From positions 56,971-120,970 of the forward strand of contig JAQBQP010000002.1 in assembly GCA_028286905.1 (NCBI GenBank): a stretch of DNA of 64,000 nt, in the 5' to 3' direction. The position numbers and the translations under genes are program-made. The notes under the pieces were generated by a model, which made no database searches, was not told where the DNA came from, and worked only from the letters and a program-made list of their open reading frames with translations. Source of the stretch: Candidatus Doudnabacteria bacterium (GTDB lineage: Bacteria; Patescibacteriota; Doudnabacteria; UBA920; VMFF01). This document shows, piece by piece, positions 19,053 through 28,800 of the stretch; the first letter of the stretch is position 1, and each line of letters opens with the position of its first letter.

Positions 19053-19721
19053 TTAGTCGAATTGACTGATTTTTGTTAAAAGCATTATGCCATTGTCTTT
19101 ATCTAGTTTTTCAAAGCTAAATTGCTGGTTTGTTTCGATTTTCTCAAAAAAATTCTTTAATAAATTCGCATGGGTGTTAATATTATCAATCACAATAACC
19201 CCGCCTGATTTTAAAAGCGGGTAGAGTAGATCTAAATATTCAACGTAATCCCTTTTAAATGCGTCCAAAAAAACGAAATCAATTTGCTTGGATTCATTGA
19301 AAGATAAGCTGTTCCATTCTTGTAAAACAACTTTTGCATCGTAATCTAATAAGGTCACAAAATTTTCTACCGCAGCGCTTTTGAAATTAATTTTTGCCAT
19401 TTCAATCCGAGCGGTATTTATTTCTGTGGCAAAAATTTTTGCATCAAATTGTTCCGCCGCTAACGCCATCCATAAAGTTGAATAGCCAACTGAACTGCCC
19501 ACTTCAAATATCGTTTTAGGCTTAAGTTCTAAAATGAGTTCAGATAAAAATTTTCCAGTTGAGCGAGGGATTGAAGCAAACTTAGTTTTTAAACCCCAGT
19601 CATGGCTAATGTTAGCCGTCTCCCAATCTTCGTTTTGTTGCCAAACCCTTTCGGTTTTTTCAATTTCTTCAATGGTTTTTAAAATCTTATCTTTCACCGA
19701 TTTGTTGTCTCCACATCGCAT
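19053..19721 (-). CDS. Class I SAM-dependent O-methyltransferase (caffeoyl-CoA OMT-like, family 3)
   Basis: VGSSVGYSTLWMA, FATEIN, VFLDAFKRDY motifs. Confidence 0.7.
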   Translation of the reverse strand: MRCGDNKSVKDKILKTIEEIEKTERVWQQNEDWETANISHDWGLKTKFASIPRSTGKFLSELILELKPKTIFEVGSSVGYSTLWMALAAEQFDAKIFATEINTARIEMAKINFKSAAVENFVTLLDYDAKVVLQEWNSLSFNESKQIDFVFLDAFKRDYVEYLDLLYPLLKSGGVIVIDNINTHANLLKNFFEKIETNQQFSFEKLDKDNGIMLLTKISQFD

Positions 19722-21426
19722 AGTACAAGCCTTTTTGATCTAACAACTCTTGGTGTTTTCCAGATTCAACGATTTGGCCTTTTTCTAAAACAAAAATTCG
19801 ATCGGCATGCATTATGGTTGAAAGTCGGTGTGCAATTAAAACGGTCATATGTTCTTTGGTGGTAGAAACATCGCGGATGGTTTTGCTGATTTCTTCTTCG
19901 GTGATTGAATCTAGGGCAGAGGTTGCTTCGTCGAATACCAAAATATTTGGGTGGCGCAATAACGCTCGGGCAATAGACAAGCGTTGTTTCTCGCCGCCAG
20001 AAACTTTAACCCCGCCTTCGCCTATAACTGTATCTAGGCCTTTATCAGCTCGGGCCAGTAAGCTGTCGGCTGCGGCTTTGTGCAAGACATCATGCACTTC
20101 GGCGTCGGTAGCCTTAGGGTTTGCAAACAATAAATTTTCACGAATTGTTCCGGCAAATAGCTGAGCATCTTGAGTAACTAATCCAATCTGAACCCGAAGT
20201 TTATTTAAATCAATGGCATTGCCAGGGTGATGGTTATATAAAACTGCGCCTGCTAAAGGTTGGTACAACCCAACCAAGAGCTTTACTAAAGTAGTTTTGC
20301 CAGATCCCGAGGGTCCGACAAAAGCGATTGTCTCGCCGATTTTTGTCTTAAAAGAAACATCGCTTAAGGCGTTAGTGTTTGCTGTTAAGTGTTTGAAAGT
20401 AACATCCTTGAACTCTAAATCTTTCACTTCCCCAATTTCTACAGGGTTTTCTGGAGTTAATTCTTTTGGAGTATCCAAGATTTTTTTGAAATTATCTAAG
20501 GATACTTCTGATTCTCGATAGGTGTTTATTAAGTTGCCAAGCTCTTGTAGGGGAGCAAAAATTGTAAATGAATAAATATATAAAGAGAAGAACTGTCCAA
20601 ATGTGATTCTCTTAGCAAAAATTAAATATAACATTAAGAACAAAATGATCGTTCTTGTTAAATTTACGACTGTACCTTGAATAAAGCTAAGGCTGCGTAA
20701 ATATTTTACTTTTTGTAATTCTAATTCCAAAATCTTTTTAGTAGTGCCATTTAATCGAGTAATTTCTTGGTCAGCTAGTCCTAAACTTTTAACCAGCTCA
20801 ATGTTTCTTAAAGATTCGGTAGTCGAACCAGATAAGGCATTCGTTTCGGAAACGATTCGCTGCTGAATTTTTTTAATTTTTTTGCTAAGAAGATAGCTTA
20901 ATCCACCAATAATAGGAATTGTTAATAGATATGCCAAAGCCACATAGCCGTTTATTCGAACTGCATAAATGCCGACGAAGGTAAAACCCACCAAACTAAT
21001 AAATAACACACTTATGCCCGCAGTAATTATTGTTTGGACATCTAAGCGAACCTTTTGTAATTTGCCCAATGTTTCTCCACTACGCTGGTCTTCAAAAACT
21101 TGGTAGGGTAATTCCAGCGAATGGGCCAAACCATCGGTGTAAATTTCTGCGCCCAATCTTTGGGTAATCGTATTGGTGTAATAATCTTGAAAGTTTTTTG
21201 CAACTCTAGAAACAAAAGCTACTCCAATGGCCGCGCCAAGCAATATAATTACACCATGAAAAAACTGCGCTGGAGTGAATTGGTCAAACTTAGTGACATA
21301 TTGGTCTAAGATTTTTCTAAAAATGTAAGGATCAAGCAAGGAAAATACTTGGTTTATGGTCGCTAAGAATAACGCCAGGATTAAAAGTTTCCAGTAATGC
21401 TTTAAGTAAGAGAATAGTATTCGCAT
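19687..21426 (-). CDS. ABC transporter permease/ATP-binding fusion protein (MsbA-like exporter)
   Basis: 6-TM N-terminal domain; Walker A GPSGSGKTT, signature LSGGEKQR, Walker B ILVFDEATSALD. Confidence 0.85.
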   Translation of the reverse strand: MRILFSYLKHYWKLLILALFLATINQVFSLLDPYIFRKILDQYVTKFDQFTPAQFFHGVIILLGAAIGVAFVSRVAKNFQDYYTNTITQRLGAEIYTDGLAHSLELPYQVFEDQRSGETLGKLQKVRLDVQTIITAGISVLFISLVGFTFVGIYAVRINGYVALAYLLTIPIIGGLSYLLSKKIKKIQQRIVSETNALSGSTTESLRNIELVKSLGLADQEITRLNGTTKKILELELQKVKYLRSLSFIQGTVVNLTRTIILFLMLYLIFAKRITFGQFFSLYIYSFTIFAPLQELGNLINTYRESEVSLDNFKKILDTPKELTPENPVEIGEVKDLEFKDVTFKHLTANTNALSDVSFKTKIGETIAFVGPSGSGKTTLVKLLVGLYQPLAGAVLYNHHPGNAIDLNKLRVQIGLVTQDAQLFAGTIRENLLFANPKATDAEVHDVLHKAAADSLLARADKGLDTVIGEGGVKVSGGEKQRLSIARALLRHPNILVFDEATSALDSITEEEISKTIRDVSTTKEHMTVLIAHRLSTIMHADRIFVLEKGQIVESGKHQELLDQKGLYYAMWRQQIGER

Positions 21427-21499
21427 GAAATTCTTTAATATTAACTAGGTAATCATACCAAAAATTGTAACTTCAGGATAGATAGTCTAAAATGGACTA

Positions 21500-21904
21500 A
21501 TGGAAAAGACCAAACTCAAAGAATCTCCGGTTATCACGGTAAAGCGTTCTAAAACCGGTTTAGGAATTTATACTAAAAGCGAAATTAACAAAGGTGATTT
21601 TGTAATTGAATATATCGGCGAGAGAATATCTAATGCCGAAGCGGACAAGCGCTTAGGAATGTATTTATTTGAATTAAATAAACGCGTTACAATTGATGGC
21701 AGCAGTAGAAAGAATATTGCCAGGTATTTAAACCATTCTTGTTTGCCAAATTGTGAAGCATGGATAAAGAAGGGTAAGATTATGATTATTGCCCGAAGAA
21801 AAATAAAAGCAGGAGAAGAGCTGACATATGATTACGGCAAGGAATTTTTTAATGGTTTCATTAAACCAATTGGCTGTAAATGTGTAAAGTGTTCTGCTAA
21901 GTAG
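21500..21904 (+). CDS. SET-domain protein (putative lysine methyltransferase)
   Basis: GLGIYT..., NHSCLPNCEA, ELTYDYG, post-SET Cys cluster CKCVKC. Confidence 0.75.
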   Translation: MEKTKLKESPVITVKRSKTGLGIYTKSEINKGDFVIEYIGERISNAEADKRLGMYLFELNKRVTIDGSSRKNIARYLNHSCLPNCEAWIKKGKIMIIARRKIKAGEELTYDYGKEFFNGFIKPIGCKCVKCSAK

Positions 21905-21910
21905 CATCCT

Positions 21911-23158
21911 CTAATATTTCAAATTGTTTTTAACGTAGCCTTGGTAAAATTCTTCGCCATAATCTAAGGCTTTCCGCCCGAAAGCTTTTAGTTTCATTTT
22001 TCGGGTTGGGTCGTAGAGTTTGCTCCATGGATTCTTTTTGCCAGTAATTGCATCTCGGAAAATCATCCCAGCAATAGTAGAGTAAGTCATGCCATTTCCC
22101 GAAAAAGCTGTTGCAACGAATTGGTTTGGCTTACTTTCTCCAATTAGCGCAATACCATCGCTCGGTTCCAGGATTGGTCCGGTCCATTTGCGTGTTATTT
22201 GGTAATCAACAGCGATTAAGTTTTTTAAATAGGCCTCTAGCGCTTTAAAGTTTTTTGTGGCACTCATTTTTGCTTCTTCACGATGGTCTTCTCCGCCGAT
22301 AATCATTCGATCAAATCCCTTTTCTTTGTCGATTCTAAAATAGTGGTAAGGATTTTCAAGATCTACATATAGACCTTCAAGAATCAAATTTTGAGGGAGT
22401 TTTACTTCAAAGACATAACTTTGATACATTCCTTTTTTCGCAAAAGTTTTTAAAACCTTAATTGGTTTATAGGTAGCAATAATAACCTGATTGGCTTTGA
22501 TTTCATAATTTTTAGTTTTGATGCGGACTGATTTGTGGCCAGAGATCGCAGTTACTTCGGTGCTAGTAAAAATTTGCACGCCGTTTGCAACTGCCTTTTC
22601 CGCTAGAGTCTCAACGTATTTAATTGGATTGAATTTTGCTTGGTTTTTGACTTCGAGGTAGCCAGCATTTTTAAACTTGAAACTATTCTTCTTTTTCAAA
22701 GTAACTTCTTGATCCACTTTTTTAGCCGCAGCTTGCTCTTCTTCCAAGGACTGAAATTGGCTATCTTCATTGGCATAGGTAAAGTAAGAAACTCTTTTAA
22801 AATCGCAATCGATTTTTTCAGCTTTTACTATTTGTTCAATTTGGTCAATTGCTTGCTGGCCTGATTCCCAAATCAGTTTGGTATTTTTTTCTCCAAACAT
22901 TTTTATCAAATCGCTTAACCCGGTATCGATAACTTTTGTAATAAAAGCCGTAGTAAACAGGGTGGTGTCTGATGCTAAGTATTTCTTTGATTCTACTAAA
23001 GCAACTTTTTTACCGGCCTTGGCCAACATATAAGCCGATGTAATGCCTGTGATACCGCCCCCAACAATTGCGACATCTACATTAATATTCTCTTTTAATT
23101 GTGGGTACTGATTGTTTGCTTTTGCATCTTGCCAAGTGGTGATCTGTTGTATTCTCAT
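21911..23158 (-). CDS. FAD-dependent oxidoreductase (DAO family)
   Basis: N-terminal VDVAIVGGGITGITSAYMLA dinucleotide-binding motif. Confidence 0.7.
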   Translation of the reverse strand: MRIQQITTWQDAKANNQYPQLKENINVDVAIVGGGITGITSAYMLAKAGKKVALVESKKYLASDTTLFTTAFITKVIDTGLSDLIKMFGEKNTKLIWESGQQAIDQIEQIVKAEKIDCDFKRVSYFTYANEDSQFQSLEEEQAAAKKVDQEVTLKKKNSFKFKNAGYLEVKNQAKFNPIKYVETLAEKAVANGVQIFTSTEVTAISGHKSVRIKTKNYEIKANQVIIATYKPIKVLKTFAKKGMYQSYVFEVKLPQNLILEGLYVDLENPYHYFRIDKEKGFDRMIIGGEDHREEAKMSATKNFKALEAYLKNLIAVDYQITRKWTGPILEPSDGIALIGESKPNQFVATAFSGNGMTYSTIAGMIFRDAITGKKNPWSKLYDPTRKMKLKAFGRKALDYGEEFYQGYVKNNLKY

Positions 23159-23251
23159 AAATAAAACCTAACAGACTTAGCAACTAAAGCAATTGGTATT
23201 TTGTCCAAAAAGTACAATTGTTGGATCGTTTGGCGATTCAATAATTAACGC

Positions 23252-23770
23252 CTATTTTAGAATTAAGCTTACGATCCAATCAGTAATTGGATCGTTGCCT
23301 TTACCGTAGACAATCGTTCCGCCCAATGAACCGGTGATTGTTATTGCGATTACTCCTGCAATCGCCAAAATAATTACTACTGGGGTATCTATTATCCAAT
23401 GCTGAATTTTTGTTAGCCAATTCCATATTCTTATTATGGTTGGACTCTTAAAATTTGTGAGAGTAGCTTTGTTTAGCCATTCAATAGCGTAACAGACTGC
23501 AATAATTGTAAAAATTATTATGCTATTTTGTGCCCAGTTTTCATGATTTGAAATTAAGGTTCGGTTGCCGCTATTTACAATCAGACCTTTTGCAATGTCT
23601 CCGAATTCAGCTGCGACGTAGGCCGCAAGAGTGCCAAGTATCACCAAAGTTGCTTTGATGTAGAACCAATAGGCCTGAGAGGTGATTTTTTTAAAACGAA
23701 TTAATTCTAATATGCCGTATGTGCTTAAGAGGGCAATTGGAAAGTGAACGAAAATAGGATGAACGTTCAT
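23252..23770 (-). CDS. DUF2231-like membrane protein
   Basis: MNVHPIFVHFPIALL N-terminus and 4 TM segments. Confidence 0.45.
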   Translation of the reverse strand: MNVHPIFVHFPIALLSTYGILELIRFKKITSQAYWFYIKATLVILGTLAAYVAAEFGDIAKGLIVNSGNRTLISNHENWAQNSIIIFTIIAVCYAIEWLNKATLTNFKSPTIIRIWNWLTKIQHWIIDTPVVIILAIAGVIAITITGSLGGTIVYGKGNDPITDWIVSLILK

Positions 23771-23855
23771 GGATCTTTTTTAATTATAAGAGAATTATAA
23801 CAGTTTTTAATTTAATATTCACCTGCCAAAAGTATAAGCAATGGAAGGAGAATTT

Positions 23856-24617
23856 ATGAAATTAAAATTGTTTTCTGGGTTAAGTCTCGCAATCTTTTTA
23901 TTCTTTGGATTTAAAGTCAGTTTAGTTGGAGCGACTCCTTTTTCTTTTAATCAAAACGCAGTCGGACAAGCAACTTCCTTAAATTGGGCAGGGTATGTAG
24001 CCCAAGCAGGAAAATTTACTTCTGTGCAGGGCACTTGGATTGTGCCAAAAGTTGGTAAAAGCAAAAAAGTTAAAACAGACGCCGCTTGGGTAGGGATTGG
24101 AGGGGTGGACAGTAACGATTTAATTCAAGCTGGTACCATGGCAATTACTGGAATGGGAGCTACAAGATATAGCGTTTGGTACGAACTGCTGCCGAATTAT
24201 TCAAAGGTGTTACCTTTGCCAGTTAAAGCCGGCGATTCAATTAGTGCCAGCATTCAACAAATAGCTTCGACAAAATGGAAAATTTATTTAGTAAATAATA
24301 GCAGCGGGCAATCCTATACAAAGGTTGTCAGCTATAAATCTTTAGTGTCATCGGCAGAATGGGTGGAGGAAATGCCTAGTGATGGCAGCTATGATTTGAT
24401 GCCGTTAGATAATTTTAAGACAGTTACCTTTTCCAACGGCTTTGTTATAAAAGACGGCAAAAAGGCTTCTATTTTAGAATCTGGAGCAAAGAGTGTTCAG
24501 ATGGTTGATAAAAATGGTAAAGCTTTGGCTGTGCCGACAATTTTAAACCCGCAGGGCAGCGGGTTTAATGTAGACAGAACCTCTAAGCTTTCCGGGACTT
24601 TGTTGCGAAAACAATAA
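23856..24617 (+). CDS. Secreted peptidase G1 (eqolisin/scytalidoglutamic peptidase)-like protein
   Basis: Strong SD GGAAGGAG before the ATG; signal peptide; SLNWAGYV and AWVGIGG resemble the G1 signatures SxNWAG / WVGIDG. Confidence 0.5.
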   Translation: MKLKLFSGLSLAIFLFFGFKVSLVGATPFSFNQNAVGQATSLNWAGYVAQAGKFTSVQGTWIVPKVGKSKKVKTDAAWVGIGGVDSNDLIQAGTMAITGMGATRYSVWYELLPNYSKVLPLPVKAGDSISASIQQIASTKWKIYLVNNSSGQSYTKVVSYKSLVSSAEWVEEMPSDGSYDLMPLDNFKTVTFSNGFVIKDGKKASILESGAKSVQMVDKNGKALAVPTILNPQGSGFNVDRTSKLSGTLLRKQ

Positions 24618-25956
24618 ATTTGTATCCCAGGAAGTCGATAACAATTCCGAGCAGCGTCGCAATTGCTTTGCCTAAGTTTAGCCAGGCGCCTCTATTAAGT
24701 CCAAATTGCGGCGCTAGCATTGATGTAAATAAAACTAATATTGCACTATTAAGCAGCAGCCCCACTACAGTGACGGCAATGAACTTTGGAATATCATGAA
24801 GTGCACCTTTATCTTCAGCTTTTTTGAAAACCCAATACTTATTCCAAAAATAACTGTTCGAAGCAGCTACTATTGTGCTAGGCACATTATACCCACCAAC
24901 CGCTAATCCAGAAGTTACTCCGGTAAAAATACTCGCAAGGTTTAAAATTCCAAAATTGATCGCTGTGTTTAAAATTCCAATTGCAGCAAACTTGCTAAGC
25001 TGAAGCATAATCGGGATCCAGCGCGATAGAAATTTTCCTAACCAAACGCCAAATACCAAACAGATTGCAAAAACAAACGGAAGCGCGATAAGAATTACCT
25101 TGCTATGTGATCCGATGTTTAAAAAAGTAGGGATTAAAAATATTCCTGTTATAAACCCGGCAAGTGCAGCAAGGTCATAATCTCTAACTGTTAATATTCC
25201 AGTTGGCGCAGCCACTTGATTTTCGTTATATTTGCCACTCATGCTATTAAGCTTAATTCGCAAGAGATCAATTAAAGATTCGATGTAAGCCTTAAGCGGA
25301 ACATGTCCGCCACCGTTTTCAGTCCAAGAAACGCCAATCTCTTTAATTTTGTAATTATGTGCCAAAGCAATAGTTAAGACTTCCATGTCAAAACCCCAGC
25401 GAAGAATTGATACCTTTGAAAAAATATCATCAGCAGCCTTTTTGCTGAATACTTTAAAACCCAGTTGAGTATCTTTGATCCCGGGAACAGCAAGAAGCTG
25501 AATAAGGATGTTACTTAATCTGCTTAAAACGATTCTGTAAAAGGGCTGGTGCTGTTTAACCAAATTAGGCTCAGTGTATCTTGAACCGATTACAACATCA
25601 TAACCTTGATCTAAGAATGGTAAGAGTTTCTGGATTTCTTCAATTGGGGTAGCGTTATCGGCGTCCATAAACATCACAACATCTCCCGATGCTTTTTCAA
25701 GGATACCACGCTTAACAGCATTGCCCTTGCCTCCTTCTGGGAGGTTCATTGCAAAAGCTTTTTTGATTTTGGTAGATTCTAAATTCTTTACAATAGCGTA
25801 GGTTTTGTCATGACTATTGTTAACCACAACTATGATCTCATAATCGTAGGACTGCTTGCTTAGATATTTATCGATATCTAGCAATGTCGCTTCAATTCGA
25901 TGCTCCTCGTTATAAGCGGGGATTATTATCGATAATTTCATTTGTTTTTGTTTCAA
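24583..25956 (-). CDS. Family 2 glycosyltransferase fused to GtrA-like membrane domain
   Basis: KLSIIIPAYNEE plus DxD region; C-terminal ~4 TM GtrA-like segment. Confidence 0.7.
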   Translation of the reverse strand: MKQKQMKLSIIIPAYNEEHRIEATLLDIDKYLSKQSYDYEIIVVVNNSHDKTYAIVKNLESTKIKKAFAMNLPEGGKGNAVKRGILEKASGDVVMFMDADNATPIEEIQKLLPFLDQGYDVVIGSRYTEPNLVKQHQPFYRIVLSRLSNILIQLLAVPGIKDTQLGFKVFSKKAADDIFSKVSILRWGFDMEVLTIALAHNYKIKEIGVSWTENGGGHVPLKAYIESLIDLLRIKLNSMSGKYNENQVAAPTGILTVRDYDLAALAGFITGIFLIPTFLNIGSHSKVILIALPFVFAICLVFGVWLGKFLSRWIPIMLQLSKFAAIGILNTAINFGILNLASIFTGVTSGLAVGGYNVPSTIVAASNSYFWNKYWVFKKAEDKGALHDIPKFIAVTVVGLLLNSAILVLFTSMLAPQFGLNRGAWLNLGKAIATLLGIVIDFLGYKFIVFATKSRKA

Positions 25957-26037
25957 GTTATTTTACTGCTCTTGTGAATATTATAGCACTTTTTTGGCTA
26001 ATGTCTTATACTTAATGCATAACTAATAATAAATATC

Positions 26038-26898
26038 ATGAACTTAAAAGAAGCTTTGGAAAAAGCCCAACAAGATAAAGTTGCAATCGGACACTTCAAT
26101 ATTTCGGATCTGGCAGGATTGAAGGGCATTGCAAACGCTGCGCGCGAGTTAAAAGTACCCGTTATAATCGGGCTGTCTGAGGGAGAGAGGGCTTTTGTAG
26201 GATTAAATGAAGCTGCTGCGTTGGTAAAATCTATTCGAGAAGGATATTCCCAAGAGATTTTTATTAATGCAGACCACACTCATTCTTTGGAGTCAGCGAT
26301 TGCCGCTGCTAAAGCTGGTTTTGATTCAATAGTTTATGATCGCTCGGATTTACCTTTTGAAGAAAATATAAAAGATACTGCAAACGCCGTTATCGAATTA
26401 AAAAAAATAAACCCTTCTATCATTATAGAAGGGGAAATTGGTAATATCGGCACTGGTTCGGAGATTCACGAGAAGGCTCCTGAAAATATTGGACTTAGTA
26501 CTCCAGAAGAAGCAGCGCGTTTTGTTAAAGAAACTGGTGTGGATGTTTTGGCGCCAGCGGTTGGAAACATGCACGGTTTGCTTGCTAGTATGGTTTCTGG
26601 AGAGGTTAAAAAGCGCTTGCACTTGGATGTTATTGAATCAATTAAGTCTGCAACTGGCTTGTATTTAACCTTACACGGCGCTTCTGGTACTAACGATGAA
26701 GATATGCAAAAAGCAATTCAAGCAGGAATTACAATTATTCATATTAATACTGAAATTCGTATTGCATGGCGCAAAGGCTTGGATGCGGCGCTTTTGGCGC
26801 ACCCTGATGAATTGGCCCCTTCAAAGATTTTCCCTGGAGTAGTTCAGTCGGTGCAGGATGTTGTGAAAGCAAGATTACAGTTATTCAATAGAATGTAA
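26038..26898 (+). CDS. fba: Class II fructose-bisphosphate aldolase
   Basis: VAIGHFNISDL, DHTHS, GEIGNIGTGSE, HGASG motifs. Confidence 0.85.
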   Translation: MNLKEALEKAQQDKVAIGHFNISDLAGLKGIANAARELKVPVIIGLSEGERAFVGLNEAAALVKSIREGYSQEIFINADHTHSLESAIAAAKAGFDSIVYDRSDLPFEENIKDTANAVIELKKINPSIIIEGEIGNIGTGSEIHEKAPENIGLSTPEEAARFVKETGVDVLAPAVGNMHGLLASMVSGEVKKRLHLDVIESIKSATGLYLTLHGASGTNDEDMQKAIQAGITIIHINTEIRIAWRKGLDAALLAHPDELAPSKIFPGVVQSVQDVVKARLQLFNRM

Positions 26899-26973
26899 AC
26901 TTTTTTGGAACTGAGTAAGAATAAATATTAGCTCCAATAAAATTGCGAGCACTTCAACCAAAAGCTTAATTAT

Positions 26974-27273
26974 TTATTCGCTTCGCTGCGCGGGAGTGTT
27001 TAGATATAATCCAACCGCGACGCAATGTTCGCAAAAGAAATTTTTCTTTGCAGTACAGCTACATTTCCATCGCAATCCCTTGGTTGTTGAGTGTAGCTCC
27101 GTATCGATTTGGCGCTGTCCAAAGGGTTTTATTTCTACTATAAGGTTGAAAGTGTTAGACTTTTTAATTTTAATCGCATCATTTTTAGCAATTTCCTGAC
27201 CATATCTAAAGTTTGACCGCGAGGCTAGTTTTTTAAGATCGTCTTCTGCTAATAATTCTCTGATTGATTTCAT
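26974..27273 (-). CDS. SWIM zinc-finger domain protein
   Basis: CSCTAKKNFFCEHC matches the CxCxnCxH SWIM pattern. Confidence 0.55.
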   Translation of the reverse strand: MKSIRELLAEDDLKKLASRSNFRYGQEIAKNDAIKIKKSNTFNLIVEIKPFGQRQIDTELHSTTKGLRWKCSCTAKKNFFCEHCVAVGLYLNTPAQRSE

Positions 27274-27336
27274 TTAATAGTAGTATACTACAATTTTCGT
27301 CTGGCATTTGAGAATCCGTTATTTTTGGTTGGGCCA

Positions 27337-27345
27337 TGCTATAAT
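27337..27345 (+). promoter_or_regulatory. Extended -10 element (TGcTATAAT) just upstream of the ECF sigma gene
   Basis: TGCTATAAT 12 nt before the ATG; near-leaderless arrangement. Confidence 0.3.
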
Positions 27346-27356
27346 GCTTTTAAGTT

Positions 27357-27941
27357 ATGAAAATAAACCAATCGAATTTAATTTCAGAAAATACAGCTGA
27401 CCCGCAGTTGATTTTAGAAGCACAAAAAGAAAATCAGCTTGCACTTGAATTACTTGTAAAACGCTATATTGCTGATTCATACAGACTATCTTTGCAATAT
27501 TTAAAAACTCAGATCGATGCTGAAGACGCGGTTCAAGAGGTTTTTGTTAAAGTTTGGCGAAATATTAAAAAAGTTGATCCTGATAAAAATTTTAAAGCTT
27601 GGCTATTAGAAGTAACTAAAAATACCTGTTTAGATATTTTAAAGAAGAAAAAAGCTTTGCCATTTAGCGCATTTGAACTCGCTGATGGCAGTAATCCACT
27701 TGTAGATAATTTAATCTCGCCGCTAGCCTCACCATTAGAATTAGCAGAAACAGCCAGCTTGCAAGGGTTGATAAATAAGGCAAAAAGCAGCTTGCCAAAT
27801 AAATACAAAAATATTTTAGCCCTATATTACGAACAAGGATTAAATTTGCGAGAGATTTCAGAAGCTTTAAAAGTGCCAATCGATACGATTAAAAGTCAGC
27901 ACCGCAGAGCTTTAATAAGCTTAAAAAAGCTAATTCGTTAA
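27357..27941 (+). CDS. RNA polymerase sigma-70 factor, ECF subfamily
   Basis: Region 2 (DAVQEVFVKVWRNI...AWLLEVTKN) and region 4 HTH (LREISEALKVPIDTIKSQHRRALISLKK). Confidence 0.8.
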   Translation: MKINQSNLISENTADPQLILEAQKENQLALELLVKRYIADSYRLSLQYLKTQIDAEDAVQEVFVKVWRNIKKVDPDKNFKAWLLEVTKNTCLDILKKKKALPFSAFELADGSNPLVDNLISPLASPLELAETASLQGLINKAKSSLPNKYKNILALYYEQGLNLREISEALKVPIDTIKSQHRRALISLKKLIR

Positions 27942-27964
27942 TAAATATTTAATTGCTTAGTGTT

Positions 27965-27992
27965 AGGATGCACCCAGGTGCATCCTTTTTTC
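27965..27992 (+). terminator. Rho-independent terminator (GGATGCACC...GGTGCATCC-TTTTTT)
   Basis: Perfect stem plus T-run. Confidence 0.55.
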
Positions 27993-28004
27993 GTATAGAT
28001 ATGT

Positions 28005-28364
28005 ATGAGAGAAGAATTAGTAGAACAAGTTTTGTACCGGATTGAACACGAGCGCCAGTTAAAGGCTGCCCGTATTCGTCTATTTGTTTCAGTTTTGTCT
28101 TTTTTTGGTTTATTGATCCTAGCGGTGCCTACGTGGCAAATGACCCGAACAGACATAATCAATTCTGGATTCGGTCAACAATTCAACCTAATGTTCTATG
28201 ATTTTAGAAACATTTTAAATTATTGGCAAGATTTTAGTGTTGGTTTAATGGAAGAATTGCCGGTTTTAAGCGTAGTTCAATTCTTAGCGGTTTTAGCAGG
28301 CCTGGTTTTTGCCTTGAAAGTAATCTTTAAGAATGGAAAGGTTTTCATAAAGTATGAAATTTAA
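28005..28364 (+). CDS. Putative anti-sigma factor / membrane protein (2 TM)
   Basis: Sits immediately downstream of the ECF sigma; two hydrophobic segments; no catalytic motifs. Confidence 0.35.
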   Translation: MREELVEQVLYRIEHERQLKAARIRLFVSVLSFFGLLILAVPTWQMTRTDIINSGFGQQFNLMFYDFRNILNYWQDFSVGLMEELPVLSVVQFLAVLAGLVFALKVIFKNGKVFIKYEI

Positions 28365-28800
28365 TTTTGAAGGTAAGCATTTTTGGAGAATTCTGATCGG
28401 ATTAGGTACGATAATAATTTTGCTTTTGGTTTTTCAATTAGGTATGTATATCGGTTTTCGCAAAGCTAATTTTTCTTATCGCTGGGGTGAAAATTATCAC
28501 AAGACTTTTGGTGGACCAAGTATTAGCATGATCGATAATTTTCAAGGTAGGGATTTGGTCAACGGACATGGAATTACAGGAATCGTCGCGAAGGTTGAAA
28601 ACGGTGCAATTATAATGAAAGATCCGAATGGTGTGGAAAAAATCTTGAACATCACACCGCAAACCTTGTTAAAAAGAGGATCGGATACAATTACAATTAC
28701 CGATGTCAAAATAGATGATCGTTTGGTAGTTGTCGGCTCGCCAAAAAATGATGGAACAATTGATGCTGAAATAATTAGAGACTTTTATGGAAAAAATTAA
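28354..28800 (+). CDS. Membrane-anchored hypothetical protein (DUF5666-like beta domain)
   Basis: N-terminal TM; C-terminal G.V..V....I.L...G..V.V.G pattern. Confidence 0.4.
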   Translation: MKFNFEGKHFWRILIGLGTIIILLLVFQLGMYIGFRKANFSYRWGENYHKTFGGPSISMIDNFQGRDLVNGHGITGIVAKVENGAIIMKDPNGVEKILNITPQTLLKRGSDTITITDVKIDDRLVVVGSPKNDGTIDAEIIRDFYGKN

